Shown here: positions 1 through 10,300 of the stretch, piece by piece
Position numbering within the stretch: the first letter of the stretch is position 1
Layout: each line of letters starts with the position of its first letter
Assembly (NCBI GenBank): GCA_032718475.1
Contig: JAUCBJ010001245.1
Span: 1-32,798 of the forward strand
Reading direction: 5' to 3'
DNA: 32,798 bases
Source of the DNA: Nemertoderma westbladi
Taxonomy: Eukaryota > Animalia > Xenacoelomorpha
Translations under genes and position numbers: made by a program
The notes under the pieces: generated by a model
Databases searched by the model: none
Told to the model about the DNA's origin: nothing
Seen by the model: the letters and a program-made list of their open reading frames with translations, nothing else

Positions 1-1
1 C

Positions 2-184
2 GCTTTCAATATCGGCATATATGCAAAAGGGAGGGGATAATGTCTTATCTAATCGATTGAATTTAATTTTTAATTTGTCTGGTGTAGGCATTTGTTCCAA
101 TTGTCGTTTGCTCGAGTAACATAGTTCCCGGTGAGTTTGCAATGAGTTGATAGTATAAAAAGCTCTCAGACAACGCTCACAAAT
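2..184 (-). pseudogene. Frameshifted continuation of the pPolB gene (zinc finger plus ExoI motif), running off the window edge
   Basis: Manual translation of the +1 frame gives a stop-free ICERCLRAFYTINSLQTHRELCYSSKRQLEQMPTPDKLKIKFNRLDKTLSPPFCIYADIES. CxxC..H..C and PFxIYADxE are hallmark pPolB motifs. The shift lies at the T5 run 184-188. Confidence 0.82.
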
Positions 185-1457
185 TTTTGTTCTTTTGTCC
201 TGATTTTTTAATAAGTCTATTTAGGTTGACAATTGCGCAGTAATGTCCTGGATTGTTTTGATTTCCTTCTATAAACAATAAATTTAAAACAGTTTTTTGG
301 AAGCAATGTTCTGAATCTGGTTGTGATAGAATGCTCAATGTGTTATCAGTACTCCAAAATAATAAATTAATACAGTACAAAGGGTTGCTTTCTAAAAAAC
401 GTGGGATGCCTACTACTCTATCTACTGGGAAACTCATCGTACTGAAATCAAACATGGTCATGTATGGAGTATATGTTGACAATCGACTAATGTTTTGTTT
501 CTTTCTTTCAATTTTTTTATAACAAGCGGCAGCGACTACTGCGTACTTAAAACATTCCCCGATGGGGCAATCTAAGTTAATAATGCACCGCTTCTTTGCT
601 AAAATTTTAGGAATATAACCACCACCGTGTCCTTTGAAATAGGGGTTGCGGTTGAAGGTAGAAATTTGTAAATTGATTTCTTTAATTGAAACAATATTCC
701 AACCACTGCCCATGCAAACAAAGACTGCTATTAATTCATCTATTCGTTCGATAGTTTGCGAAAACCAGTTTTCAAAATCTGAATTAGAAGTTATTTGATT
801 ATTTGAAGCGTTTGATTTGAAACTGAAGGTTTCTAATTGAGTACCCTCAGATGTCTCCCTTTCCATTACGATAGAAATAGTTAACCAAACTTTTATAAAA
901 TTAAATTCATTATTAAAATGTTGACTCACTCTATCCCAAATATAACTTTCATTTTCTCTAAGTGTTAACTCTACATCTAATTGTGGTGTAAGTAACGTGT
1001 TTGTATATGTAAATAAGCGGTTGTGGGATGAGCTATTCACTGGATGGTAAAAATGGGTTGTTGCTCGAACCTCCAGTCTGTTGTCTTGAAGTAGAAGGGC
1101 CAACCCTTGGAGATTGAATGTTTGTGGTGGAGGTGGTGGTGGTGGTGACAAGGGCGCTTGAGATTGTTTGCGTTTCCGAGAGAAGAGTCGCGTATAGCAA
1201 TCGTGTTCTTTAAAGGCTGATAGAGTGAATGATTCGCCACACTTGCAAGTGTTTTCTTCGTTGATAAATCTGAACCCAGTCCCACCTTGCGTACATAGCG
1301 CTAGATGGCTAACCATAGTTTTCTTATCGGAGGACCAGGTGCCACAACAATCGCATGAATATTGTTTAAAATGAGATGCGAGATGTTTGTTGAGATTATC
1401 ACTGCGCATGTTCTTATTGCAGACAGGACAGTCAACGAATAATGAAAATCTAGGCAT
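177..1457 (-). CDS. N-terminal part of a Maverick/Polinton (adintovirus-like) protein-primed family B DNA polymerase: zinc fingers, GSGW motif region, OTU-like Cys/His domain; ends at a frameshift
   Basis: 426-aa ORF with C2H2-like fingers (CPVC..HLASH, CDCC..HLALC) and motifs GSGW, IINL..CFKYAV and HYCAIVNLNRLI, typical of invertebrate Polinton-type pPolB N-termini. The reading continues in the +1 frame into an ExoI motif. Confidence 0.8.
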   Translation of the reverse strand: MPRFSLFVDCPVCNKNMRSDNLNKHLASHFKQYSCDCCGTWSSDKKTMVSHLALCTQGGTGFRFINEENTCKCGESFTLSAFKEHDCYTRLFSRKRKQSQAPLSPPPPPPPQTFNLQGLALLLQDNRLEVRATTHFYHPVNSSSHNRLFTYTNTLLTPQLDVELTLRENESYIWDRVSQHFNNEFNFIKVWLTISIVMERETSEGTQLETFSFKSNASNNQITSNSDFENWFSQTIERIDELIAVFVCMGSGWNIVSIKEINLQISTFNRNPYFKGHGGGYIPKILAKKRCIINLDCPIGECFKYAVVAAACYKKIERKKQNISRLSTYTPYMTMFDFSTMSFPVDRVVGIPRFLESNPLYCINLLFWSTDNTLSILSQPDSEHCFQKTVLNLLFIEGNQNNPGHYCAIVNLNRLIKKSGQKNKNL

Positions 1458-1462
1458 GTTTG

Positions 1463-1586
1463 CTATAAAATAAAAAACTAAATAATAATAATAAGTTTGG
1501 GAAGGTTTCGCGGGGTTGATATTTATTTTGAGGTAATAATGTTAAAACTAAACGAATTCATAAAAACACAAATTTATTGTTCTTAC
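1463..1586 (-). other. Putative 124-nt 5'UTR intron of the pPolB transcript
   Basis: Minus strand reads GCAG|GTAAGA at 1586 and TTTTTTATTTTATAG|CAAACATG at 1463, so the acceptor is 5 nt before the ATG. Confidence 0.55.
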
Positions 1587-1762
1587 CTGCAGATTGATGA
1601 TGTTTGCAACAATATATTATGTATAACAATAAATGTATTACGTATAACAATCTTGAAGAAAATATAATATTATGAATAACAATAAATGTATTATAACTTT
1701 AAATAAAAAGTAAAATTGTCAATAATATTTTTGTAAGTAAAGTTCGAAGCGAAGGGTGGGGG

Positions 1763-1885
1763 TTTATAAGGGAAAGGCTAACCAATGAAAATAAAAGTGA
1801 AGCTTGTGGGAACCAATAGAAATAAAAAGAGAGAGAGAGAGAGACGCGCTATTGGATTGAGGGAATAATAAACACATTTCATTGG
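1763..1885 (-). promoter_or_regulatory. Putative Pol II promoter of pPolB: TATAAA plus four CCAAT/ATTGG boxes
   Basis: TATAAA on the minus strand at 1763-1768; CCAAT at 1782 and 1813; ATTGG at 1851 and 1881; spacing 30-38 bp. Confidence 0.45.
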
Positions 1886-2733
1886 GTTAATTAAATGTAA
1901 AACATTAGTTACGAAGGGAAATGGGATGAATTGAGAAGCGGGGGAGTGCGTCGGAGAAAATTGCGTGTAATGAATGAATGGGTATGTTAATTAATGTTAC
2001 GCTAGAGCATCTCTGAAATTACTTCAAACAAAAAAAACTGCAGTATCCACTGTAGTAAAGAGATGGTTGGGAATTAATTTGACATGTGGTGTTTTGGGTA
2101 GGGCTTTGTTGTTGAGCTAATATGCGCGTGGACTGCTTCGCAATACAATGCGAAAGAATGCAAACTAATGCCATACCAGATGTTTATTCTAATTTCTTGG
2201 ATGAATTGATATAATAACGAAGCTGTGGGTATGAATAATTTAAGCTCTGTGGCAGGCCCCATTCACGCAGGCCCCATTCACGCATTGATGATTGGGTTAG
2301 TCATGCTATGGTTAATAAGAGCCCGAGCAGCCACAGATTATTGAGGGATGACTCGGGACCAAACTGGGGCCACTTTATTTTGGTGAAAGGGTATATTTAT
2401 GTTTTGGGCCTCGATATTTCGTTTGCTGTAGTACAATTTATTCATCGCGCGTCCCTATCTGATTGATTTGTATCAAATTAAATTGCCTTTGGCAACATTA
2501 TTTGATACGAGTCGATTGATTAAACAATTAATTTATTGTTTAATCGACCAATTAATTAATTGGTTAATTAATTAATGACCTACTTAACACCCAAGGTGTG
2601 AAGTAGGACCAAACTGTCGCAGAAATAGGGTAAACCATTACTACTCCCCCCCCCCCCCCCCCCCCCCCACCCCCGTGCTCGGACATCCTCTTTTAATGGC
2701 CCCTATTAATGTTTATGTTTACATTTTCTACAG

Positions 2734-2913
2734 ACGGCGTGTCACAAGGAACGCCAGGTCTCCAAGCACGCGGTTGAAGCGATCCGATCCGTTATTACCG
2801 AGATTCTCGTAGACCGAAACGAGTTGGCTCATTACAACTTCCACGAGAGTTTATTTAAACCCTTCGAGTCGATGCTCCGCTTGGAACTCTGCGACAACGA
2901 GGTCCAGGATCAG
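2734..2913 (+). CDS. ARFGEF3: ARFGEF3/BIG3 internal exon A (180 nt, phase 0-0)
   Basis: ttttctacAG|...CAG|GTacgc. Translates TACHKERQVSKHAVEAIRSVITEILVDRNELAHYNFHESLFKPFESMLRLELCDNEVQDQ, which matches the recalled vertebrate BIG3 segment ACHKERHVSQKAV...LFRPFERIMQLELCDEDVQDQ. Confidence 0.9.
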
Positions 2914-3027
2914 GTACGCGTTACCTTGGTAACCAACTAATCAACGGTGATGGACGCAAAATAGTTAAAAACTAAAAAGCATGTTTTCTAATTTATGTCA
3001 TCTACGTAATACTTTCTCTATTTTATT

Positions 3028-4132
3028 GGAAAGGACTCACAGTTATAACTATATACCGGTGTACCGGTGTGCCCAAAGGACTCACAGTTATAACTATATA
3101 TATACCGGTGTGTAAGGACTCACAGTTATAACTATATACCGGTGTGCCGGTGTGCCCATGGAAAGGACTCACAGTTATAACTATATATACCGGTGTGCCG
3201 GTGGGCCCATGTTCAGTACAACAGTAGAACTGCTGGAGAAAGGACTCACAGTTATAACTATATATACCGGTGTGCCGGTGGGCCCATGTTCAGTACAACA
3301 GTAGAACTGCTGGAAAGGACTCACAGTTATAACTATATACCGGTGTGCCGGTGTGCCCATGGAAAGGACTCACAGTTATAACTATATATACCGGTGTGCC
3401 GGTGGGCCCATGTTCAGTACAACAGTAGAACTGCTGGAGAAAGGACTCACAGTTATAACTATATATACCGGTGTGCCGGTGGGCCCATGTTCAGTACAAC
3501 AGTAGAACTGCTGGAGGACTCACAGTTATAACTATATATACCGGTGTGCCGGTGGGCCCATGTTCAGTACAACAGAAAGGAATCACAGTTATAACTATAT
3601 ATACCGGTGTGCCGGTGTGCCGGTGTGCCGGTGAAAGGACTCACAGTTATAACTATATATACCGGTGTGCCGGTGTGGAAAGGACTCACAGTTATAACTA
3701 TATATACCGGTGTGCCGGTGTGGAAAGGACTCACAGTTATAACTATATATACCGGTGTGCCGGTGTGGAAAGGACTCACAGTTATAACTATATATACCGG
3801 TGTGCCGGTGTGGAAAGGACTCACAGTTATAACTATATATACCGGTGTGCCGGTGTGGAAAGGACTCACAGTTATAACTATATATACCGGTGTGCCGGTG
3901 TGGAAAGGACTCACAGTTATAACTATATATACCGGTGTGCCGGTGTGGAAAGGACTCACAGTTATAACTATATATACCGGTGTGCCGGTGTGGAAAGGAC
4001 TCACAGTTATAACTATATACCGGTGTGCCGGTGGGCCCATGTTCAGTAAAAGGACTCACAGTTTGTTATAACTATATACCGGTGTGCCGGTGGGCCGGTG
4101 TGCCGGTGAAAGGACTCACAGTTATAACTATA
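3028..4132. repeat. Intronic minisatellite; core 45-bp unit AAGGACTCACAGTTATAACTATATATACCGGTGTGCCGGTGTGGA with longer variants of about 75 bp
   Basis: About 20 direct copies; homogeneous 45-bp block at ~3635-4010; explains the 15-aa periodic ORFs. Confidence 0.95.
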
Positions 4133-4233
4133 TTTTTTTTTTTATATTTTACTTTTTAATTATCTAAACCGAATTATTCAAATTAATTATTCGATGTTTC
4201 CTTGATTTTGACTATAAATATTATTTACTTTAG

Positions 4234-4366
4234 GTATTAAGTTCGTTGTGCGAATTGGTTGAGAACAACCCAAGTAACATTGGTTCGGGTTGGCGGCCGT
4301 TATTCGGTAGTTTACGAGCTGTTCGGATATATAAACACCAACCTCGAACCAATCAGCTACCAGAAG
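4234..4366 (+). CDS. ARFGEF3: ARFGEF3/BIG3 internal exon B (133 nt, phase 0-1)
   Basis: tactttAG|...GAAG|GTaagt. Translates VLSSLCELVENNPSNIGSGWRPLFGSLRAVRIYKHQPRTNQLPE, containing the SGWRPLF motif of the BIG/Mon2-family region; in phase with exon A. Confidence 0.9.
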
Positions 4367-5058
4367 GTAAGTAAGACGTTCCAAGTAACCAATCAGCAAC
4401 CAATCAGCTACCAGAAGGTAAGTGAGACGTTCCAAGTAACCAATCAGCAACCAATCAGCTACCAGAAGGTAAGTGAGACGTTCCAAGTAACCAATCAGCA
4501 ACCAATCAACTACCAGAAGGTAAGTGAGACGTTCCAAGTAACCAATCAGCTACCAGAAGGTAAGTGAGACGTTCCAAGTAACCAATCAGCAACCAATCAG
4601 CTACCACAAGGTAAGTAAGACGTTCCAAGTAACCAATCAGCAACCAATCAGCTACCAGAAGGTAAGTGAGACGTTCCAAGTAACCGATCAGCAACCAATC
4701 AGGTACCAGATGGTAAGTAAGACGTTCCAAGTAACCGATCAGCAACCAATCAGGTACCAGATGGTAAGTAAGACGTTCCAAGTAACCGATCAGCAACCAA
4801 TCAGCTACCAGAAGGTAAGTGAGACGTTCCAAGTAACCAATCAGCTACCAGAAGGTAAGTGAGACGTTCCAAGTAACCAATCAGCTACCAGAAGGTAAGT
4901 TAGACGTTCCAAGTAACCAATCAGCTACCAGAAGGTAAGTGAGACGTTCCAAGTAACCAATCAGCAACCAATCAGCTACCAGAAGGTAAAGTAAGACGTT
5001 CCAAGTAACCAATCAGCTACCAGAAGGTAAAGTAAGACGTTCCAAGTAACCAATCAGC
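4347..5058 (+). repeat. 40/51-bp tandem array made of the exon B 3' end plus its 5' splice site
   Basis: Unit AACCAATCAGCTACCAGAAG|GTAAGTGAGACGTTCCAAGT, with or without an extra AACCAATCAGC. About 15 copies; the first overlaps the exon. Confidence 0.95.
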
Positions 5059-5908
5059 AACCAATCAGGTACCAGATGGTGGGTTATACATTCCGAAGTA
5101 ACCAATCAGGTACCAGATGGTGGGTTATACATTCCGAAGTAACCAATCAGGTACCAGATGGTGGGTTATACATTCCGAAGTAACCAATCAGGTACCAGAT
5201 GGTGGGTTATACATTCCGAAGTATCCAATCAGGTACCAGATCGTGGGTTATACATTCCGAAGTAACCAATCAGGTACCAGATCGTGGGTTATACATTCCG
5301 AAGTAACCAATCAGGTACCAGATGGTGGGTTATACATTCCGAAGTAACCAATCAGGTACCAGATCGTGGGTTATACATTCCGAAGTAACCAATCAGGTAC
5401 CAGATGGTGGGTTATACATTCCGAAGTAACCAATCAGGTACCAGATCGTGGGTTATACATTCCGAAGTAACCAATCAGGTACCAGATGGTGAGTTATACA
5501 TTCCGAAGTAACCAATCAGGTACCAGATCGTGGGTTATACATTCCGAAGTAACCAATCAGGTACCAGATGGTGGGTTATACATTCCGAAGTAACCAATCA
5601 GGTACCAGATCGTGGGTTATACATTCCGAAGTAACCAATCAGGTACCAGATGGTGGGTTATACATTCCGAAGTAACCAATCAGGTACCAGATCGTGGGTT
5701 ATACATTCCGAAGTAACCAATCAGGTACCAGATGGTGGGTTATTCATTCCGAAGTAACCAATCAGGTACCAGATGGTGGGTTATACATTCCGAAGTAACC
5801 AATCAGGTACCAGATCGTGGGTTATACATTCCGAAGTAACCAATCAGGTACCAGATGGTGGGTTATACATTCCGAAGTAACCAATCAGGTACCAGATCGT
5901 GGGTTATA
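5059..5908 (+). repeat. 41-bp tandem array related to the 40-bp unit, with a weakened donor
   Basis: Unit AACCAATCAGGTACCAGAT(G/C)GTGGGTTATACATTCCGAAGT, about 21 copies; the G/C variants mostly alternate. Confidence 0.95.
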
Positions 5909-6054
5909 GCTATCCAACCAATCGGGTACTATGATTATAAATAAATGCCGACCAGATGACAATTATAATAATATTATAGTTAATTAATTTTGTGTTATTA
6001 GCTAATTTTATATATTTTATTTTCTCTTTTTTGCATTCCATATGTTTTCAATAG

Positions 6055-6201
6055 ATTCAACCCTTGGTTCTGGAATCGACAACTCATTACCTCCCGTCTT
6101 TGAAGTTTTCGATGCCTTTCTTGGATCCAATAACGTCTATGTATTTTCCAATGCAGCAATCGATTGCATTTTGTGTTTGTTGAAGTTTATATCAGGAACT
6201 G
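6055..6201 (+). CDS. ARFGEF3: ARFGEF3/BIG3 internal exon C (147 nt, phase 1-1)
   Basis: tttcaatAG|...ACTG|GTaagt. Translates DSTLGSGIDNSLPPVFEVFDAFLGSNNVYVFSNAAIDCILCLLKFISGT, compared with recalled BIG3 APVFDVFEAFLNTDNIQVFANAATSYIMCLMKFV. Confidence 0.9.
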
Positions 6202-6284
6202 GTAAGTGGAATACCCTATATACCGTAACTATGTATTATGTTCTGTGCATGTCCTTACTGTAGGTATTCCACCATAATAAAGAT

Positions 6285-7075
6285 GGGGTGATGTGAAGAC
6301 TTCCTATTAGGCCTTCCATTAGTCGAGGAAATCTAGTAAAGTACCTAACTGATCTAGACTTTGCCGATGACTTAGGAGTACTCTCAGAATCATTAGAGGG
6401 AGCCCAACGGCTCCTCAGCTCATTAGAACATGCTGCTTCTAGTGTTGGTCTTTTTATTAACTCCAGAAAGACCAAAATTCTGACAGTTAACTTTGAAAGT
6501 CCTCAGCAAGTCTCTGATCGGATGAGCATAAGCTCAAAGGATGGTATGCTTGAGCATGTGGACGACTTCTGTTACCTGGGATCATGGATCCGGAAGTCAG
6601 GTGAGGACCTTCGGATACGTAAGGGGAAGGCATGGGCAGCATTAAATAGTCTGTCCAGGATTTGTAAGTCCCTTAGAATAAAACGGAACCTAAGGTTCGG
6701 TTATTTATGGCTGTAATAGTACCGGTACTCATCTATGGGAGTCCATGCTGGGCTCTAACTGCTGAGGACACCAAATCTCTGGATGGCACATTCACAAGAA
6801 TGCTACGCCGGGTACATTGTGTCAAGTACAATGGACACATTTCCAACTAGACTCTAAATAATATTGGAGGTGTTCCATTAATCTCCCCTGGCTTTTGAAC
6901 GGAACCGCCTCCGCTTTGCAGGACATTGCTTTCGCTGTGAAGACCAGCCATTGCTGCGTTTGACAGCCTATGACCTTCTTGTGACGCCCCATAGAGGACA
7001 CTGGCCTGGAGGATGCGGGTAATCTCGCACAAGTAATTGGTGATAGGGAACCGGCTGCAGTGCTGATAATAAATA
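6285..7075 (+). mobile_element. Degraded, 5'-truncated non-LTR retrotransposon (RTE-like reverse transcriptase 3' part)
   Basis: Translates LTDLDFADDLGVLSESLEGAQRLLSSLEHAASSVGLFINSRKTK...FCYLGS..., then after a frameshift VLIYGSPCWALT...LDGTFTRMLRRV. Boundaries approximate. Confidence 0.88.
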
Positions 7076-7158
7076 CATGTAGATCTAATTAATAATAATA
7101 ATAACTGACGATTGTGGCTATAATTTCGTTATCTTGGTAACTCAGTTTTTTATTGTAG

Positions 7159-7336
7159 GAGGATACGAAGATGAGTTAACAACCAGCGAGGAATCCATTA
7201 ATGACCCATCCAATGCTTTGTGCCCTCCTTCCTTAGAACGTCTGGCTATCTGTTCTAGAACATTGGCTACTATATTCACTATGGCAGTGAGACCGATATT
7301 TAGAGGAGCTCGAACCGTGAAACCTACTTGTAGAGT
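7159..7336 (+). CDS. ARFGEF3: ARFGEF3/BIG3 internal exon D (178 nt, phase 1-2); last recognisable exon in the window
   Basis: ttattgtAG|...AGAGT|GTaagt. Translates GGYEDELTTSEESINDPSNALCPPSLERLAICSRTLATIFTMAVRPIFRGARTVKPTCR, compared with recalled BIG3 LCLPALDYLRRCSQLLAKIYKMPLKPIF. Confidence 0.85.
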
Positions 7337-10300
7337 GTAAGTTCGGTCTCATAGTGGTGGCCATTTTATACTTTATTAAACCTACTTGTAGAGTGTAAGT
7401 TCGGTCTCATAGTGGAGGCCATTTTATACTTTATTAAACCTACTTGTAGAGTGTAAGTTCGGTCTCATAGTGGTGGCCATTTTATACTTTATTAAACCTA
7501 CTTGTAGAGTGTAAGTTCGGTCTCATAGTGGAGGCCATTTTATACTTTATTAAACCTACTTGTAGAGTGTAAGTTCGGTCTCATAGTGGAGGCCATTTTA
7601 TACTTTATTAAACCTACTTGTAGAGTGTAAGTTCGGTCTCATAGTGGAGGCCATTTTATACTTTATTAAACCTACTTGTAGAGTGTAAGTTCGGTCTCAT
7701 AGTGGAGGCCATTTTATACTTTATTAAACCTACTTGTAGAGTGTAAGTTCGGTCTCATAGTGGTGGCCATTTTATACTTTATTAAACCTACTTGTAGAGT
7801 GTAAGTTCGGTCTCATAGTGGTGGCCATTTTATACTTTATTAAACCTACTTGTAGAGTGTAAGTTCGGTCTCATAGTGGTGGCCATTTTATACTTTATTA
7901 AACCTACTTGTAGAGTGTAAGTTCGGTCTCATAGTGGTGGCCATTTTATACTTTATTAAACCTACTTGTAGAGTGTAAGTTCGGTCTCATAGTGGTGGCC
8001 ATTTTATACTTTATTAAACCTACTTGTAGAGTGTAAGTTCGGTCTCATAGTGGAGGCCATTTTATACTTTATTAAACCTACTTGTAGAGTGTAAGTTCGG
8101 TCTCATAGTGGTGGCCATTTTATACTTTATTAAACCTACTTGTAGAGTGTAAGTTCGGTCTCATAGTGGTGGCCATTTTATACTTTATTAAACCTACTTG
8201 TAGAGTGTAAGTTCGGTCTCATAGTGGTGGCCATTTTATACTTTATTAAACCTACTTGTAGAGTGTAAGTTCGGTCTCATAGTGGTGGCCATTTTATACT
8301 TTATTAAACCTACTTGTAGAGTGTAAGTTCGGTCTCATAGTGGTGGCCATTTTATACTTTATTAAACCTACTTGTAGAGTGTAAGTTCGGTCTCATAGTG
8401 GTGGCCATTTTATACTTTATTAAACCTACTTGTAGAGTGTAAGTTCGGTCTCATAGTGGTGGCCATTTTATACTTTATTAAACCTACTTGTAGAGTGTAA
8501 GTTCGGTCTCATAGTGGTGGCCATTTTATACTTTATTAAACCTACTTGTAGAGTGTAAGTTCGGTCTCATAGTGGTGGCCATTTTATACTTTATTAAACC
8601 TACTTGTAGAGTGTAAGTTCGGTCTCATAGTGGTGGCCATTTTATACTTTATTAAACCTACTTGTAGAGTGTAAGTTCGGTCTCATAGTGGTGGCCATTT
8701 TATACTTTATTAAACCTACTTGTAGAGTGTAAGTTCGGTCTCATAGTGGTGGCCATTTTATACTTTATTAAACCTACTTGTAGAGTGTAAGTTCGGTCTC
8801 ATAGTGGTGGCCATTTTATACTTTATTAAACCTACTTGTAGAGTGTAAGTTCGGTCTCATAGTGGTGGCCATTTTATACTTTATTAAACCTACTTGTAGA
8901 GTGTAAGTTCGGTCTCATAGTGGTGGCCATTTTATACTTTATTAAACCTACTTGTAGAGTGTAAGTTCGGTCTCATAGTGGTGGCCATTTTATACTTTAT
9001 TAAACCTACTTGTAGAGTGTAAGTTCGGTCTCATAGTGGAGGCCATTTTATACTTTATTAAACCTACTTGTAGAGTGTAAGTTCGGTCTCATAGTGGAGG
9101 CCATTTTATACTTTATTAAACCTACTTGTAGAGTGTAAGTTCGGTCTCATAGTGGAGGCCATTTTATACTTTATTAAACCTACTTGTAGAGTGTAAGTTC
9201 GGTCTCATAGTGGTGGCCATTTTATACTTTATTAAACCTACTTGTAGAGTGTAAGTTCGGTCTCATAGTGGTGGCCATTTTATACTTTATTAAACCTACT
9301 TGTAGAGTGTAAGTTCGGTCTCATAGTGGAGGCCATTTTATACTTTATTAAACCTACTTGTAGAGTGTAAGTTCGGTCTCATAGTGGTGGCCATTTTATA
9401 CTTTATTAAACCTACTTGTAGAGTGTAAGTTCGGTCTCATAGTGGTGGCCATTTTATACTTTATTAAACCTACTTGTAGAGTGTAAGTTCGGTCTCATAG
9501 TGGTGGCCATTTTATACTTTATTAAACCTACTTGTAGAGTGTAAGTTCGGTCTCATAGTGGTGGCCATTTTATACTTTATTAAACCTACTTGTAGAGTGT
9601 AAGTTCGGTCTCATAGTGGTGGCCATTTTATACTTTATTAAACCTACTTGTAGAGTGTAAGTTCGGTCTCATAGTGGAGGCCATTTTATACTTTATTAAA
9701 CCTACTTGTAGAGTGTAAGTTCGGTCTCATAGTGGTGGCCATTTTATACTTTATTAAACCTACTTGTAGAGTGTAAGTTCGGTCTCATAGTGGAGGCCAT
9801 TTTATACTTTATTAAACCTACTTGTAGAGTGTAAGTTCGGTCTCATAGTGGTGGCCATTTTATACTTTATTAAACCTACTTGTAGAGTGTAAGTTCGGTC
9901 TCATAGTGGTGGCCATTTTATACTTTATTAAACCTACTTGTAGAGTGTAAGTTCGGTCTCATAGTGGAGGCCATTTTATACTTTATTAAACCTACTTGTA
10001 GAGTGTAAGTTCGGTCTCATAGTGGTGGCCATTTTATACTTTATTAAACCTACTTGTAGAGTGTAAGTTCGGTCTCATAGTGGAGGCCATTTTATACTTT
10101 ATTAAACCTACTTGTAGAGTGTAAGTTCGGTCTCATAGTGGAGGCCATTTTATACTTTATTAAACCTACTTGTAGAGTGTAAGTTCGGTCTCATAGTGGT
10201 GGCCATTTTATACTTTATTAAACCTACTTGTAGAGTGTAAGTTCGGTCTCATAGTGGTGGCCATTTTATACTTTATTAAACCTACTTGTAGAGTGTAAGT

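Larger units (their letters stand above)
1..1900 (-). mobile_element. Maverick/Polinton-like endogenous element (partial, right boundary not defined), probably inside an ARFGEF3 intron and antisense to it
   Basis: pPolB gene with no introns in its coding region, lying upstream of an internal ARFGEF3 exon. No TIR or TSD could be identified in the window. Confidence 0.6.

Noticed and set aside
177-190. Programmed -1 frameshift at A AAT TTG in pPolB
   Set aside because: The -1 frame stops after a few codons (AAA TTT GTG AGC GTT GTC TGA); the conserved continuation is in the +1 frame.
1829-1845. (GA)n tract as a Polinton terminus
   Set aside because: Wrong orientation for a right-hand end, it lies among the promoter motifs, and no partner TIR or TSD is visible.
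2074-2262. 62-aa minus-strand ORF as a second viral gene
   Set aside because: Short, no recognisable motif, and its ATG falls in a 15-bp local duplication; cannot be supported.
3193-5347. Periodic ORFs on both strands
   Set aside because: Minisatellite artefacts. The real coding sequence is exon B, which lies in a different frame from ORF 4259-4567.
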